DNA of 64,000 bases from NCBI GenBank assembly GCA_963666055.2, contig CAXWPH010000007.1, positions 256,001-320,000 of the forward strand, in the 5' to 3' direction. This document shows positions 1 to 9,531 of the stretch, piece after piece. Position 1 is the stretch's first letter. Every line of letters begins with the position of its first letter. Below the pieces are notes generated by a model. It searched no databases. It had not been told where the DNA came from and worked only from the letters and a program-made list of their open reading frames with translations. Made by a program: the position numbers and the translations under genes. Source of the stretch: Acidobacteriota bacterium (lineage in GTDB: Bacteria > Acidobacteriota > UBA890 > WLXD01).

Positions 1-1293
1 GGCGCCCTGCGCGGCCTTGATCCGGTCGACGATCAGCGGTTCGCCGCCGCGCGGTCCCAGCACGAAGTCCTCGTAGGCCGCTATCGTGTCGATGGGTGTG
101 CCCGGCTCGATGTCGCGCCCGCCGATTGCCGCATCGAGGAACGGTGCCTCGGCGTCGCCACGCATGTAGTAGGTGATCTCGATCGGGTGGTCGCCACGGC
201 CGAGCGGAATCGTGCTGGAGATGACGCGCCCGATATCGCGCGGTTTGGTGGCCACCACGTCGCCGTCGACCAACAGCTCCGATCCCGAGCAGCGGTGGGA
301 GGTGAGCTCGAAGGTGTAATCGCCCGGCGCGTCGATCCGAATCAGCGCCGAGTAGCGGAACCCGTGGTTACCTCGGCGGGTGCGCATCGGCAGCTCCAGA
401 GACAGCTCCCCAAGCCGACCGCGGCCGACCACCTCCCAGGCATCGAAGTCGGGAGGAGGCCGGGTGAAGAAGCCCTCGGCATCCTCGTCCCCATCGTCGA
501 CGAAGTACTGGAATTCGAAGCCCCGCACTCGATTTGGCGACTCTGGCCGCTGGTCACGCAGCAGGTAAACCGCAATGTCGGTCGCTTCTGCGTCCGACAG
601 ATACAGCGACGGCATGCGCAACCCGTGGCGAACCCGACGAGGGTTCAGGAGGAAATCCCGCAGGCCGGCGACGGAGTTCTTGGCCGCTAGGTCCGGGAGC
701 GGCACATCTCGGGTCAACGGCGTGCCGGATGCCCCCTCAGAAGCGTGGCAAGCGACACACCCGACGCTGTGGAACAAGGCGCGGCCGTGCTCAACCATGG
801 CGCGAAAGCGGAGCGGACGGTATCCGGACGGTCGAGCTTGACTGCTTTGCTCGACGAGAAAGTGGGTGATCAGCTCGGCGAGCCGGTCACGCTCCTCGGC
901 TGCGTAGGAGGCCAACACGGTCGGCATGGTAGTGCCGGGCTTGAGCGCCGGCGGGTCGGCAAGGAAGCCGGCGATCCAGTCGGCGCTGGCACGCTCACCG
1001 ATTTCGCTTAGGTCGGGAGCCGGCTTGGTGGTGACGCGCCCCGCAACGCCCGGATCGGAGGCAGCGTGGCACGATAGGCAGTTGAGCTCGCCGAGAAGTA
1101 CTTCGCCCATCGCGGCATCGCTCGCCAGGCCCGCCGTGAGCATCGTCTCGTAGCCCGCAACGACGGAGTCGGCGGCATCCCCGGAGCCCGCAACAGGTGG
1201 ATCGACCAGGCTGTCGCATCCGCCCAAGACCACAGCCAACAGAACCACGGCGGCAACGGGAACGCGCTGTGAGACCCTGGCACGGCGACTCAC
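1..1293 (-). CDS. Multi-heme c-type cytochrome lipoprotein with probable PA14 domain (runs off the left edge)
   Basis: Absent from the ORF track because it is open at the edge. Manual translation from GTG 1293 (overlapping the upstream TGA) gives MSRRARVSQRVPVAAVVLLAVVLGGC (lipobox), heme motifs CLSCH and CVACH, MP distal-ligand segments (TTMP, LRMPSL), then PA14-like GDYTFEL...LGRGDHPIEITYY. Confidence 0.8.
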   Translation of the reverse strand, partial: MSRRARVSQRVPVAAVVLLAVVLGGCDSLVDPPVAGSGDAADSVVAGYETMLTAGLASDAAMGEVLLGELNCLSCHAASDPGVAGRVTTKPAPDLSEIGERASADWIAGFLADPPALKPGTTMPTVLASYAAEERDRLAELITHFLVEQSSQARPSGYRPLRFRAMVEHGRALFHSVGCVACHASEGASGTPLTRDVPLPDLAAKNSVAGLRDFLLNPRRVRHGLRMPSLYLSDAEATDIAVYLLRDQRPESPNRVRGFEFQYFVDDGDEDAEGFFTRPPPDFDAWEVVGRGRLGELSLELPMRTRRGNHGFRYSALIRIDAPGDYTFELTSHRCSGSELLVDGDVVATKPRDIGRVISSTIPLGRGDHPIEITYYMRGDAEAPFLDAAIGGRDIEPGTPIDTIAAYEDFVLGPRGGEPLIVDRIKAAQGA

Positions 1294-2255
1294 CAGACCA
1301 CTTGCTCCGGAGCGATCACAACCGGCTTCTCGGGTCCCGGAAACGAGCTGGGAACAGCGATAGTGACAACGCCGGTGGCGACGAATTCCGTGCCGCGGGC
1401 CAGGACCGTCTGGAAGCCGACACAGTGCACCGACTCACCGTAGGGCTCGGACTCGTCGTTGTAGTGACCCATCGGAAGATGAAGGACCTTCCCGGTGCCG
1501 TAGCTGATAATCATCAGCATGGGCTCAGCCTCGTCGGTGACCCTCGAGTAGGCGTGAGCGAGCACCTCGACGTTCTTCGCCGGGCCGCGCAGCGCCGAGT
1601 AGAGCTCATCGGGCGCGTGCATCCACGTGGTTGGCAGCCCCGCGAGGATCGGGTGCTCGGGGCGATCGTGGATTACCTGGAACGGTCGTATCTCGCCGTG
1701 CTCGCCGCTCAGGCCCTCGCCGGGCGAGGTGGCCACCCAGTCGCCGTCGACGCTGCGCAGCAGCGACCCCGAGATGCCGGCGCGCCGGCCGCCCCAGCCA
1801 CCGACGCCGATCATCTCGTTGTACTCGGCCCATCCGGCGTCGTGGTTGTCGGCCGCGTGAACCGAAACAAAGCCGCCTCCCTGCCGCACGTACTTCTCCA
1901 GGTCGGACTTGGTCTGCGCCGACCACAGGGAATCGCAGCCTGATCGCTCCTCGCAATCGTCGTTGAAGTTGCTCACCACCACGTCGTAGGCAGAGAAGTC
2001 GGGCCGCCAAGCGTCCCATTCGGCCGGCGCGGCCCGTTTACGCGGCGAGGTGCTCACGTCGACATCAAAGCGGCCCGTCTGCGTCAACGTCGCCCTGTTC
2101 GCCGCCGTCGTGCTCTCCCAGTCGTGGTTGTTCACGCCATCGATGATCAGCACCTTGATCGGTTCCTGGACCGCACCGGAGGCCGGCCCGAGCGCGGCTC
2201 CTGCCGGACTGGATGCAACGAGCGGCAACAGCAAGATCGCCAGAGTAGTTCTCAT
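1290..2255 (-). CDS. Secreted ThuA-like (class I GATase-like fold) domain protein
   Basis: KVLIIDGVNNHDW, GGGFVSVHAAD, HPILAGLP..WMH..DELY, YGTGKV..LPMGH. Signal peptide from ATG 2255 with GAGGA upstream. Confidence 0.85.
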   Translation of the reverse strand: MRTTLAILLLPLVASSPAGAALGPASGAVQEPIKVLIIDGVNNHDWESTTAANRATLTQTGRFDVDVSTSPRKRAAPAEWDAWRPDFSAYDVVVSNFNDDCEERSGCDSLWSAQTKSDLEKYVRQGGGFVSVHAADNHDAGWAEYNEMIGVGGWGGRRAGISGSLLRSVDGDWVATSPGEGLSGEHGEIRPFQVIHDRPEHPILAGLPTTWMHAPDELYSALRGPAKNVEVLAHAYSRVTDEAEPMLMIISYGTGKVLHLPMGHYNDESEPYGESVHCVGFQTVLARGTEFVATGVVTIAVPSSFPGPEKPVVIAPEQVVW

Positions 2256-2305
2256 GTCCTCGTCCGAGTTGGGCGGTTTCAGGAGTCTACGGTGTGCGGC
2301 ATCAA

Positions 2306-2578
2306 TCACCGACCCACAGGATGCGGCCCGAGGACCCCGAGTCGATGCCGGCCGTCGATCAAACTGCCGTCAACGTCACGCAGTGGCAACGGCTCGAATC
2401 GCTGCGACGTGGCGACGGTTACCAGAACCAGAGCCACCAACCCGATGCGCGCGGCAATGAGATCGGCCGGGTAGGGCGTCGCCAGCCACTCCAGAAACAC
2501 CCAGCTCATCATGCCGGCCAACAGGCTGGTCACCGCCGCCGGCCCGTTGCAGCGCCGTCAGTAGATCGCCGCGGTCAC
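2306..2578 (-). pseudogene. C-terminal remnant of a sodium:solute symporter family gene
   Basis: Reads VTAAIY*RRCNGPAAVTSLLAGMMSWVFLEW...LVTVATSQR, matching the SSS late-TM motif (YW-[KR]-R-x-N-x-x-[GA]-A). TGA at 2558-2560 replaces Trp, and the rest of the gene is missing. Confidence 0.6.
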
Positions 2579-2691
2579 TGATCCGGTGCCCGGCCGAGAT
2601 TGTATATTGTATTCGATCAGCGACTGTGGGCCTCTGGGTCGACGAACGGCGCTGAGGTCAACCGGAGCCCCATTGAGATGACCCGTTCGAG

Positions 2692-3645
2692 ATGACCCGA
2701 CGCGACGAGCTGCGCCAGGTGGACGTGAATCAGACGCCTCGGTCGTCCGAGGTCGCCACCTTGATGCGCGCCGCCCAGCAGCGCGGCGCCGCAGGGCTCG
2801 ACATCGCGCTGTGCGGCGTGCCCTTCGACGGTGGCTCTTCGTTTCGTGCCGGCGCGCGTCACGGCCCGGCGCAGATTCGCGAGATGTCGCGCTTGATCCG
2901 GCGGGCCCATTACCTCAGCGGCATAGCCCCGTTCGATCTGTGCCGCATTGCCGACGTCGGCGACGCCCCGGTCAACCCGCTGGACATGGGTGCCACCCTG
3001 AAGAGCGTGCAGGCGTTCTTCGAGCACATCGGCGATGCGGGCGCGCTCCCCTTGGCCGTCGGCGGCGATCATACGGTGACGCTGCCGATCCTCCGAGCGG
3101 TTGCCCGAGGCGGCCCAATCGCCCTACTGCAGATCGACGCTCATTCGGACACCCAGGACACCATGCTCGGACAGCGCTACGCCAACGGCACGCCGATTCG
3201 TCGAGCCATCGAAGAGGATCTCGTCGACCCACGCCGAACAGTCCAGATCGGCATTCGCGGCACCCTGTTCGCAGCTGACGAGCTCGACTGGGCGCGCCAG
3301 CAGGGCGTCACCATCGTCAACATTGACGAGCTCTACACGCTCGGCCAAGAGGAGGTAATCGCCCGAAGCCGCCAAGCTCTCGGAGCGGGCCCCTGCTACG
3401 TGACCGTCGACATCGACGTCCTGGATCCGGCCTACGCACCCGGCACTGGCGGCCTCGAGCCCGGCGGCATGAGCGTGCGCGAGCTGCAGTGCCTGATCCG
3501 TGGTTTCGCCGGCCTGCAGATCGCGGCCGCCGACGTCACCGAGGTATCGCCACCCCTGGATCCGACCGGCATCACGGCGTTGGCCGCGTGCAGCGTGATG
3601 TTCGAGCTGTTGTGCCTGCTGGCCGGCGACATTGCGTCTGGTTGA
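2692..3645 (+). CDS. Ureohydrolase (agmatinase/arginase family)
   Basis: GVPFDGG..RAGARHGP, GGDHTV, DAHSD, DIDVLDPAYAPGTG, EVSPPLD motifs. Confidence 0.92.
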   Translation: MTRRDELRQVDVNQTPRSSEVATLMRAAQQRGAAGLDIALCGVPFDGGSSFRAGARHGPAQIREMSRLIRRAHYLSGIAPFDLCRIADVGDAPVNPLDMGATLKSVQAFFEHIGDAGALPLAVGGDHTVTLPILRAVARGGPIALLQIDAHSDTQDTMLGQRYANGTPIRRAIEEDLVDPRRTVQIGIRGTLFAADELDWARQQGVTIVNIDELYTLGQEEVIARSRQALGAGPCYVTVDIDVLDPAYAPGTGGLEPGGMSVRELQCLIRGFAGLQIAAADVTEVSPPLDPTGITALAACSVMFELLCLLAGDIASG

Positions 3646-3684
3646 CACCTCAGCGAGTGCCTTGGGGCAAAGCGGCGGGCTCCG

Positions 3685-5040
3685 TTAGCGGATCACCATG
3701 ACGCGCTGTTGTGGCGGTACGATCCATTCGATGCCGTGTTCGGTGACCAACGCGTTCTCCTCGACGTTCACCGGTATCTTGCGGCCCCCCCATTCCGGCG
3801 CCGGCACGAAGACGATGTACTCGAGCGAGATGATGCTGTTGGCACGCACGACGTACTGACTGCGGAACGGATAGATCTGGAACATCGACGCGGTCATGTC
3901 GTGGCCCAGGTTGCCGGCGGCGTGCATGCCCACGTTGACCTCGATGCCTTCGACGTCGCTGGCGCGCTCGCGCTCGGTGTACACATAGCCGGCGTCGCGG
4001 ATGATCTGCTTGAGTCGATCCAGCTGCACCTGCCCGACGATGTCGACCCCGACGTTCTCACGCACGATGTCGCCAACCACCTTCGATACCTCGAAGGCCC
4101 TCTGGATCCCCGGCGGCACCTCGGTTTCGCCCTCGCGCAACACGTAGGCAAAGCGCTTCATGTCGGTGTAGAAGTTGTTGCGGCCGATTCCCCAATCGAT
4201 CTGCATGACGTCGCCGCGCTGCACCACCCTGTCGGTAGCCGCGATCTCATTGCCGTCGGGCAAGTGCAGGTACACGGTTGGGAACCAGCCGCGCTCGACC
4301 CCGAGCAGCTGCCGTTGCTCCTCCAGCCACCAGGCGATGTCGAGCTGCGACGTGGCGCCGACCGTGATCACCTCGTTGGACAGCGCCCTCTCCAGGTAAC
4401 TGCGCGTGAGGTCGGCGGTCTTGGAGAACTCGACGATCTCCGTCGCCACGCGAGGCCCGCGAAAGTCGGCGATCACATGGCGGGCCGAAACGAAGCGACT
4501 GGCGTAGGTCTCGCCGAGCTCCTCGCCGAGAAACTGGTAGTCGCTGTACGACAGGCCGTCGGCGATAAACAGCCCCTCCATGACGTTGTCATGGTCCAGG
4601 AAGTTGAGCGCGATCCGCTGCGGGTCACGCTCGTGCACGAAGGCGGCCAGGTCGCGCTTGGAGCCGACGATGTCGTAGGCGCCGCAGCTCTCGATCATCT
4701 CGGTCTCACCGCCTAGCGCCGCCGTCTCCACCCGGTCACCCCGGTCGGTGAAGACGAAGATACCGTTGCCGTTGCTCGTATCGGGGCCGAAATCACGCAC
4801 CATCGGCTCGCTGCCACGACCGCGATCGATGACGATCCACATGTCGACGTCGTTACGCCTCAACGCATCCGGCAACACGTAGCGGAACTTGTCCTTGCGT
4901 ATCGCACAGGAGACTTCCCACTGCGAGCGCGCCTCGTCCTGTGGCAAGCGCTGCTGCGGGGTGGCGGGTGTTGCGGTCGCCGCGATGGTTGCCAGCAGCA
5001 GCATCGATCCGAAGAGAAGTTGCCTAGGTGCTCTGTTCAT
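3685..5040 (-). CDS. Secreted M24-family metallopeptidase (Xaa-Pro aminopeptidase-like)
   Basis: Signal peptide. Pita-bread metal ligands in QIDWG, YTDMKR, GMHAAG, SLEY and VEEN. Confidence 0.85.
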   Translation of the reverse strand: MNRAPRQLLFGSMLLLATIAATATPATPQQRLPQDEARSQWEVSCAIRKDKFRYVLPDALRRNDVDMWIVIDRGRGSEPMVRDFGPDTSNGNGIFVFTDRGDRVETAALGGETEMIESCGAYDIVGSKRDLAAFVHERDPQRIALNFLDHDNVMEGLFIADGLSYSDYQFLGEELGETYASRFVSARHVIADFRGPRVATEIVEFSKTADLTRSYLERALSNEVITVGATSQLDIAWWLEEQRQLLGVERGWFPTVYLHLPDGNEIAATDRVVQRGDVMQIDWGIGRNNFYTDMKRFAYVLREGETEVPPGIQRAFEVSKVVGDIVRENVGVDIVGQVQLDRLKQIIRDAGYVYTERERASDVEGIEVNVGMHAAGNLGHDMTASMFQIYPFRSQYVVRANSIISLEYIVFVPAPEWGGRKIPVNVEENALVTEHGIEWIVPPQQRVMVIR

Positions 5041-5192
5041 CGCATCTGTCCTCATGTTGTCCGGGAGCAAATCGACACTCGTTAGTCGGCTGGCGGCAGT
5101 TCCAGCACCTGCCCGCGATGCCAGTTCCCTGCCCCAGGAACCAGCCTTGCAGGATCGCCGCGATGTACGGCGCCAAGGGGCGCAGATCCGAG

Positions 5193-6206
5193 TCAGCGCT
5201 GCTGGCGCGCCCAGATCGCCAGCTGTCTCACGATTACCGCCAGCTCGCTCCGCAGCGTCGACGCCCTGGCGATGTTGGTCAGCCGCAACGGCCGACGGAG
5301 CACCTCCCGAGCGCCGTCACCGGTGCGAATCACGATATTGCCTTGCAGCCACCTCGGCTCGCCGCTCACCGTCTGTCCTTCGGTCTCATCGGTAGTGCCA
5401 CGGGCCAAGTTCTCCACCTCCACGACGAGCACATAGCTGGCCTGCTCGGGGTCGCTCACCAGCGAGATCTGCATGCTCGCCGACAGCCCCCGTGCCAGCT
5501 CCAAGATCATCAAGTCGAGGTCGGCGCGGGATTCGGCAACCATCGGTGCGCCGGTCTGCGTGACCCAGGCGGTCACGTCGGTGGGATCGGGAGACAGCGT
5601 CGAGGTCAGATTCCGCGATCCTTCGCTCGCCGGCTGGCCGGTCGCGGCACCGAAGCTGGAGTTTCCAGTGCGGATCTCGCGGCCGAAGGGGTTCTCGTTG
5701 AAGGCCTCGAACGCCGACAGATCCAGCGGCCCCAGAAAGATACGCGGTGCCACCAATAGGTCGGCCAGGTCGGCCGGCGGCGGGCCCATCCCGGTCAGCA
5801 CATCGATCTCGTTCGCCATGTCGAGGCCCGATTGCTGTGCCCGAATCGCCTGCTCCCAAGCGATGTCCAGCTGACCCGAGTTCGCCGCCGCCAGCGCCGC
5901 CATGCGGTGCGCCTCGGCCCAGCCCGGGCGTAGCTCTACGGCACGCAGGAAGGCGGCGGCGGCAGGCTCGTGCTCGCCGAGTCGCCCGTGCGCGAATCCG
6001 AGCACGTGATATGCGCGAGCATAGGAGCCGTCTGCCTCAACGGCGCGCTCGGCCTCGCGTATGGCCTGGTGGTAGCTGCCTTCGTTGACCAGCTTGCTGG
6101 CCTCATCGGTCAGGTCGGCCGCTGTTCTCTGTGCCTCGGCGGCAACCGGAAGCAGAACGGAGGCGATGAGAAGAACGATGCAGCCCGCTACCGGATTACG
6201 TGCCAT
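5193..6206 (-). CDS. Secreted TPR-repeat protein
   Basis: Signal peptide MARNPVAGCIVLLIASVLLPVAAEA followed by TPR-like helices (AYHVLGFAHGRLGEHEPAAAAFLRAVELRP). Confidence 0.75.
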   Translation of the reverse strand: MARNPVAGCIVLLIASVLLPVAAEAQRTAADLTDEASKLVNEGSYHQAIREAERAVEADGSYARAYHVLGFAHGRLGEHEPAAAAFLRAVELRPGWAEAHRMAALAAANSGQLDIAWEQAIRAQQSGLDMANEIDVLTGMGPPPADLADLLVAPRIFLGPLDLSAFEAFNENPFGREIRTGNSSFGAATGQPASEGSRNLTSTLSPDPTDVTAWVTQTGAPMVAESRADLDLMILELARGLSASMQISLVSDPEQASYVLVVEVENLARGTTDETEGQTVSGEPRWLQGNIVIRTGDGAREVLRRPLRLTNIARASTLRSELAVIVRQLAIWARQQR

Positions 6207-7597
6207 TGGCTCTCCTGCGGCCGGTCCAGGTAGCGCAGCTCCTGGCCGTCGAACCAGGCGATCTGGCCGATGCCGAGCTCGACTCCGTGCTCTCCCCAAC
6301 CCTCCACCGCGACGCTGGTATGGGGCTCGAAAGCGTAGAGCGTGTTGGCGTAGAGCCGGTGATCGTTGGTGACGATGGACGTCGGGTAGTAGCCCGGCCC
6401 GGAAGTCATGCCGGCAACGTAGGGCTTGGTAACAAACATGAAGCCGCCGAGCTGGTAGCGACGCAGGAAGGTCGGCGGCGGATGGAATCCTAGCCGGCTC
6501 TCGATCACGCCGGCCTCGCGCGGTATGCGGTCGGCCGCGGCGACGATCTCCTTGCCGGTGCGACCAGCAACGAACTCGGCGCGAAACAGATCCTGCATGC
6601 GGTTCACCTTGGCCAGAGCTTCGACAAGGTCAGGCGGTACCTCGGTCTCGCCTAACTCGAGCACATAGGCGTGCTGATGCGAGTCGGTTACCAGCCCCAG
6701 CAACATGATGTCGCTATCGCAGCTGATAATGTCGCCCCGCTGCACGGTCACCGCCATGCCGTTTCGACTGCGCCCGGCGCGAAAGTACTCGGGCGGATCG
6801 TCGTACTTGGCGATGTTCGCCGGCTTGCGCTGGATTCCGATGCTGGGGTGGTTCTCGTACTCCAGATGCAGATCTGCCATGCGCTCGCGGAACCACCAAT
6901 TGAGGTCATCGGTGGTGGTCACGCCGGGAATCACGACACGGTTCGAGAAGCCCTCGGCAATGATGTCGTTGGCGACCCCCTGGACGAGCTTGAAGACGCT
7001 GATCTGATCGGGCGCCATGGTCTCGAGCCAGCGTACGCCGAGCGTCCACGAGGAGACCGCCCGCTCAGAGTATGGGCCCAGTGCCTCGAGCATCGGATCA
7101 TTCAGGTGGTCGCCGATAGCAATCGTCTGGGGGTCGAGCTGATTCACCAGGGCTGAGATGGCGTCGTAGTCGCGCGGCTCAACGTAGGTCACGCCCGCCT
7201 CGGTGACATGGAAGGCAAGATAGCGCGGCGTACGCTGCGAACCGTCACGCTCGTGCTCGCTGCCATAGGCGAGACCCTCGGCGTTCGCCGGGATGAGCGA
7301 GCTGTAGACTGGGCCCTCGTTGTTGAAGAACCGGTCGCCCTCGTCGTTACGGACGATAAACAGGTCGATGCCTTGCTCGCGCATGACCGCCGGTAGCACG
7401 TTCTGCAGCTTCCATTCGATCCACCGCTGCATGATCCGGACGCGCTGCCGTAACGGCGGAATCACGTGGTGGACAGTACTGAGCTCACGATCCTGCGCCT
7501 GGCTCTCCGACCAGCCCGGGACAGATGCGAGCACCCCGAGTACCGCCCCGAGTACGAGGAGCCGTAGCCTACGGTCGCGTCGGCTTGTCCTGTTCAT
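6188..7597 (-). CDS. Secreted M24-family peptidase homolog
   Basis: Same architecture as 3685-5040 (LPAVMREQGIDL, FSNRVVIPGVTTTDDL.WW, QRGDII.CD, LVTD, AYVL..GETEVP). Start could be 7624. Confidence 0.8.
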   Translation of the reverse strand: MNRTSRRDRRLRLLVLGAVLGVLASVPGWSESQAQDRELSTVHHVIPPLRQRVRIMQRWIEWKLQNVLPAVMREQGIDLFIVRNDEGDRFFNNEGPVYSSLIPANAEGLAYGSEHERDGSQRTPRYLAFHVTEAGVTYVEPRDYDAISALVNQLDPQTIAIGDHLNDPMLEALGPYSERAVSSWTLGVRWLETMAPDQISVFKLVQGVANDIIAEGFSNRVVIPGVTTTDDLNWWFRERMADLHLEYENHPSIGIQRKPANIAKYDDPPEYFRAGRSRNGMAVTVQRGDIISCDSDIMLLGLVTDSHQHAYVLELGETEVPPDLVEALAKVNRMQDLFRAEFVAGRTGKEIVAAADRIPREAGVIESRLGFHPPPTFLRRYQLGGFMFVTKPYVAGMTSGPGYYPTSIVTNDHRLYANTLYAFEPHTSVAVEGWGEHGVELGIGQIAWFDGQELRYLDRPQESQWHVIR

Positions 7598-7620
7598 CAC
7601 ACCCCTCCCTCTCTTGGGGT

Positions 7621-8406
7621 TCACTGCATGTACTGCCCGCCGTTGGCCAGGAAGGTGGCGCCGGTGGAGAACTCGGCACCGATGATAGCGTCGAGCATGT
7701 GGGTCACATCGCCGACCTCGCCCAGACGCCCCATCGGCATGGTCCCTATCTCCTTGGCCAGGCCGGCCTCATCTTCGAGGTCGTATCGCTCCATGACCTC
7801 GCGCGTCTTGACAGCGTTGGGCAACAACGCGTTCACCCGGATCCGCGGGCCGAGCTCCTGCGCCATGCACTTGGTAAGCGCGAAGATCCCGCCCTTTGCG
7901 CTGCAGAAGTTGGCGCCGTTCTTGCGCCCCACCTGACCACACGCAGCACCCAGATTGATGATGCAGCCCGGTCGATCGGGGTTGTGGAAGACAAACTCCT
8001 GGCTGCAAACGAAGGTGCCGCGAAGGTGCGCTGCCACCACCGAGTCCCACATATCGTCGGTCAGCTCGGTGAACGGCGCGTCGCGGTTAATGCCTGCAAA
8101 GTTAATCAGGATATCGACTCGCCCGAAGGCCTCGATGGCATCGTCGAACATCGCTCGCACCTGTTCGCGGTTGGCAACGTCGGCCTTGCACTTGATTACT
8201 CGGTCAGCGCCCACCTGCGAGCTGATCGCCTCGTGGACCGTCTCCGCCTCGTCATCGACGATGTAGCCGAGGACGATCCGGTAGCCCTTGGCGGCGAAAT
8301 GCTCGGCGCTCGCCGCGCCCAGACCACTCGAGGCCCCGGTGATGACCATGACTCGCTCTTCGCTCATGCTGGTGACCTGCTCTTGCTCTCCGTCAGTCAT
8401 CCTCAT
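7621..8406 (-). CDS. SDR family NAD(P)-dependent oxidoreductase
   Basis: TGASSGLG, INFAGI, PMGRLG motifs. The catalytic YxxxK reads FCSAK. Start may be 8367. Confidence 0.88.
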   Translation of the reverse strand: MRMTDGEQEQVTSMSEERVMVITGASSGLGAASAEHFAAKGYRIVLGYIVDDEAETVHEAISSQVGADRVIKCKADVANREQVRAMFDDAIEAFGRVDILINFAGINRDAPFTELTDDMWDSVVAAHLRGTFVCSQEFVFHNPDRPGCIINLGAACGQVGRKNGANFCSAKGGIFALTKCMAQELGPRIRVNALLPNAVKTREVMERYDLEDEAGLAKEIGTMPMGRLGEVGDVTHMLDAIIGAEFSTGATFLANGGQYMQ

Positions 8407-9464
8407 CCACCCCAGATGTCCCCAACCGTGAAGCCGTTGGGGAAGGGATCGTCGTCATCGACGACATATTGCGCCATACCGGTAATCCACGCCGTGCCGC
8501 GGATTGTCGGCACCACCGCGGGGCGCTCGCCCAGCGTCGTCTCGCGCACCAATCGCCCGGTGAACGTGGTGCTGAGAATTCCCTCGTGGACGAAGTCCTG
8601 ATCGAGCGGCAGCTCGCCCTTGGCCCACATAGCCACCATCTTGGCGCAGGTACCGGTGCCGCAGGGCGAGCGGTCAAGCACGCCCTTCCAGGTAGCGGGG
8701 CGATTCCAATCCAGCTTGCCAGTGGAAACGATCACCGTGTTCCTGCGGTGTGCCCCCGATACGGTCGGCGGTGCCGAGAGCTGTGCGATCGTCACCCCGC
8801 GGATGTCCGGGTTGACCGGGTGAACCGGCACCTCGAGCTGCTCTTGGGTGGCGACCTTGATCATCTCGCCTACGCGGGTGATCTCCCCGGCCTCGTCGGG
8901 ATCCAGTGTCAGCCCCAGCTGATCGGCGTCGGCAATGGCGTAGAACATGCCCCCGTAGGCGACGTCAACGACCACCTTGCCGAGCTCCGGAACATCGACC
9001 TCGGCGTCGAGATGCACCGCAAAACCGGGCACATTCTCGAACGTCACGCCCTTCACCTTGCCGCCCTCGACCTCGGCGATCACCTTGATCAGCCCGGCCG
9101 GCGATTCCAGTGTCAGCTCGGTGATCGGCTCGGTGAACGGCACCATGCCGGTCTCGATGAGCACCGTCGTCACCGCGATGGTGTTGGTCCCCGACATGCC
9201 GGGGTACTCGACTTGCTCCATGATCACGTAGCCGGCGGCAGCTCGCGGGTCGGTCGGCGGCAGGATCAAGTTGCAGTTGGCCGCCGGGTAGCCGCGCGGC
9301 TCGCGCAGCATACGCTTGCGAATGTGGTCGGCCTTGGTCTCCAGGTAGACCATCTTCTCGTACATCGTTTTGCCGGGGACATCCAATACGCCGCCCACGA
9401 TGACGCGGCCGGGTTCACCGCCCACATGAGTATCGACGGCGTGAATGACGTTGGAGACTCGCAT
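8403..9464 (-). CDS. Proline racemase superfamily protein (Ser/Cys active-site pair)
   Basis: DTHVGGEPGR, REPRG, MSGTNT, DVAYGG, DRSPCGTGT motifs. Confidence 0.92.
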   Translation of the reverse strand: MRVSNVIHAVDTHVGGEPGRVIVGGVLDVPGKTMYEKMVYLETKADHIRKRMLREPRGYPAANCNLILPPTDPRAAAGYVIMEQVEYPGMSGTNTIAVTTVLIETGMVPFTEPITELTLESPAGLIKVIAEVEGGKVKGVTFENVPGFAVHLDAEVDVPELGKVVVDVAYGGMFYAIADADQLGLTLDPDEAGEITRVGEMIKVATQEQLEVPVHPVNPDIRGVTIAQLSAPPTVSGAHRRNTVIVSTGKLDWNRPATWKGVLDRSPCGTGTCAKMVAMWAKGELPLDQDFVHEGILSTTFTGRLVRETTLGERPAVVPTIRGTAWITGMAQYVVDDDDPFPNGFTVGDIWGG

Positions 9465-9531
9465 CGTGATTGGCTTCCTGTTTCGCGGTTCGTTTCAGCG
9501 GAGCGGCGTGCGCCTTAGGTCAGTCGGGCAG

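Noticed and set aside
2558-2560. In-frame TGA at a Trp position as recoding (code 4 or selenocysteine)
   Set aside because: TGA is used as a normal stop throughout the window, and the gene is otherwise truncated.
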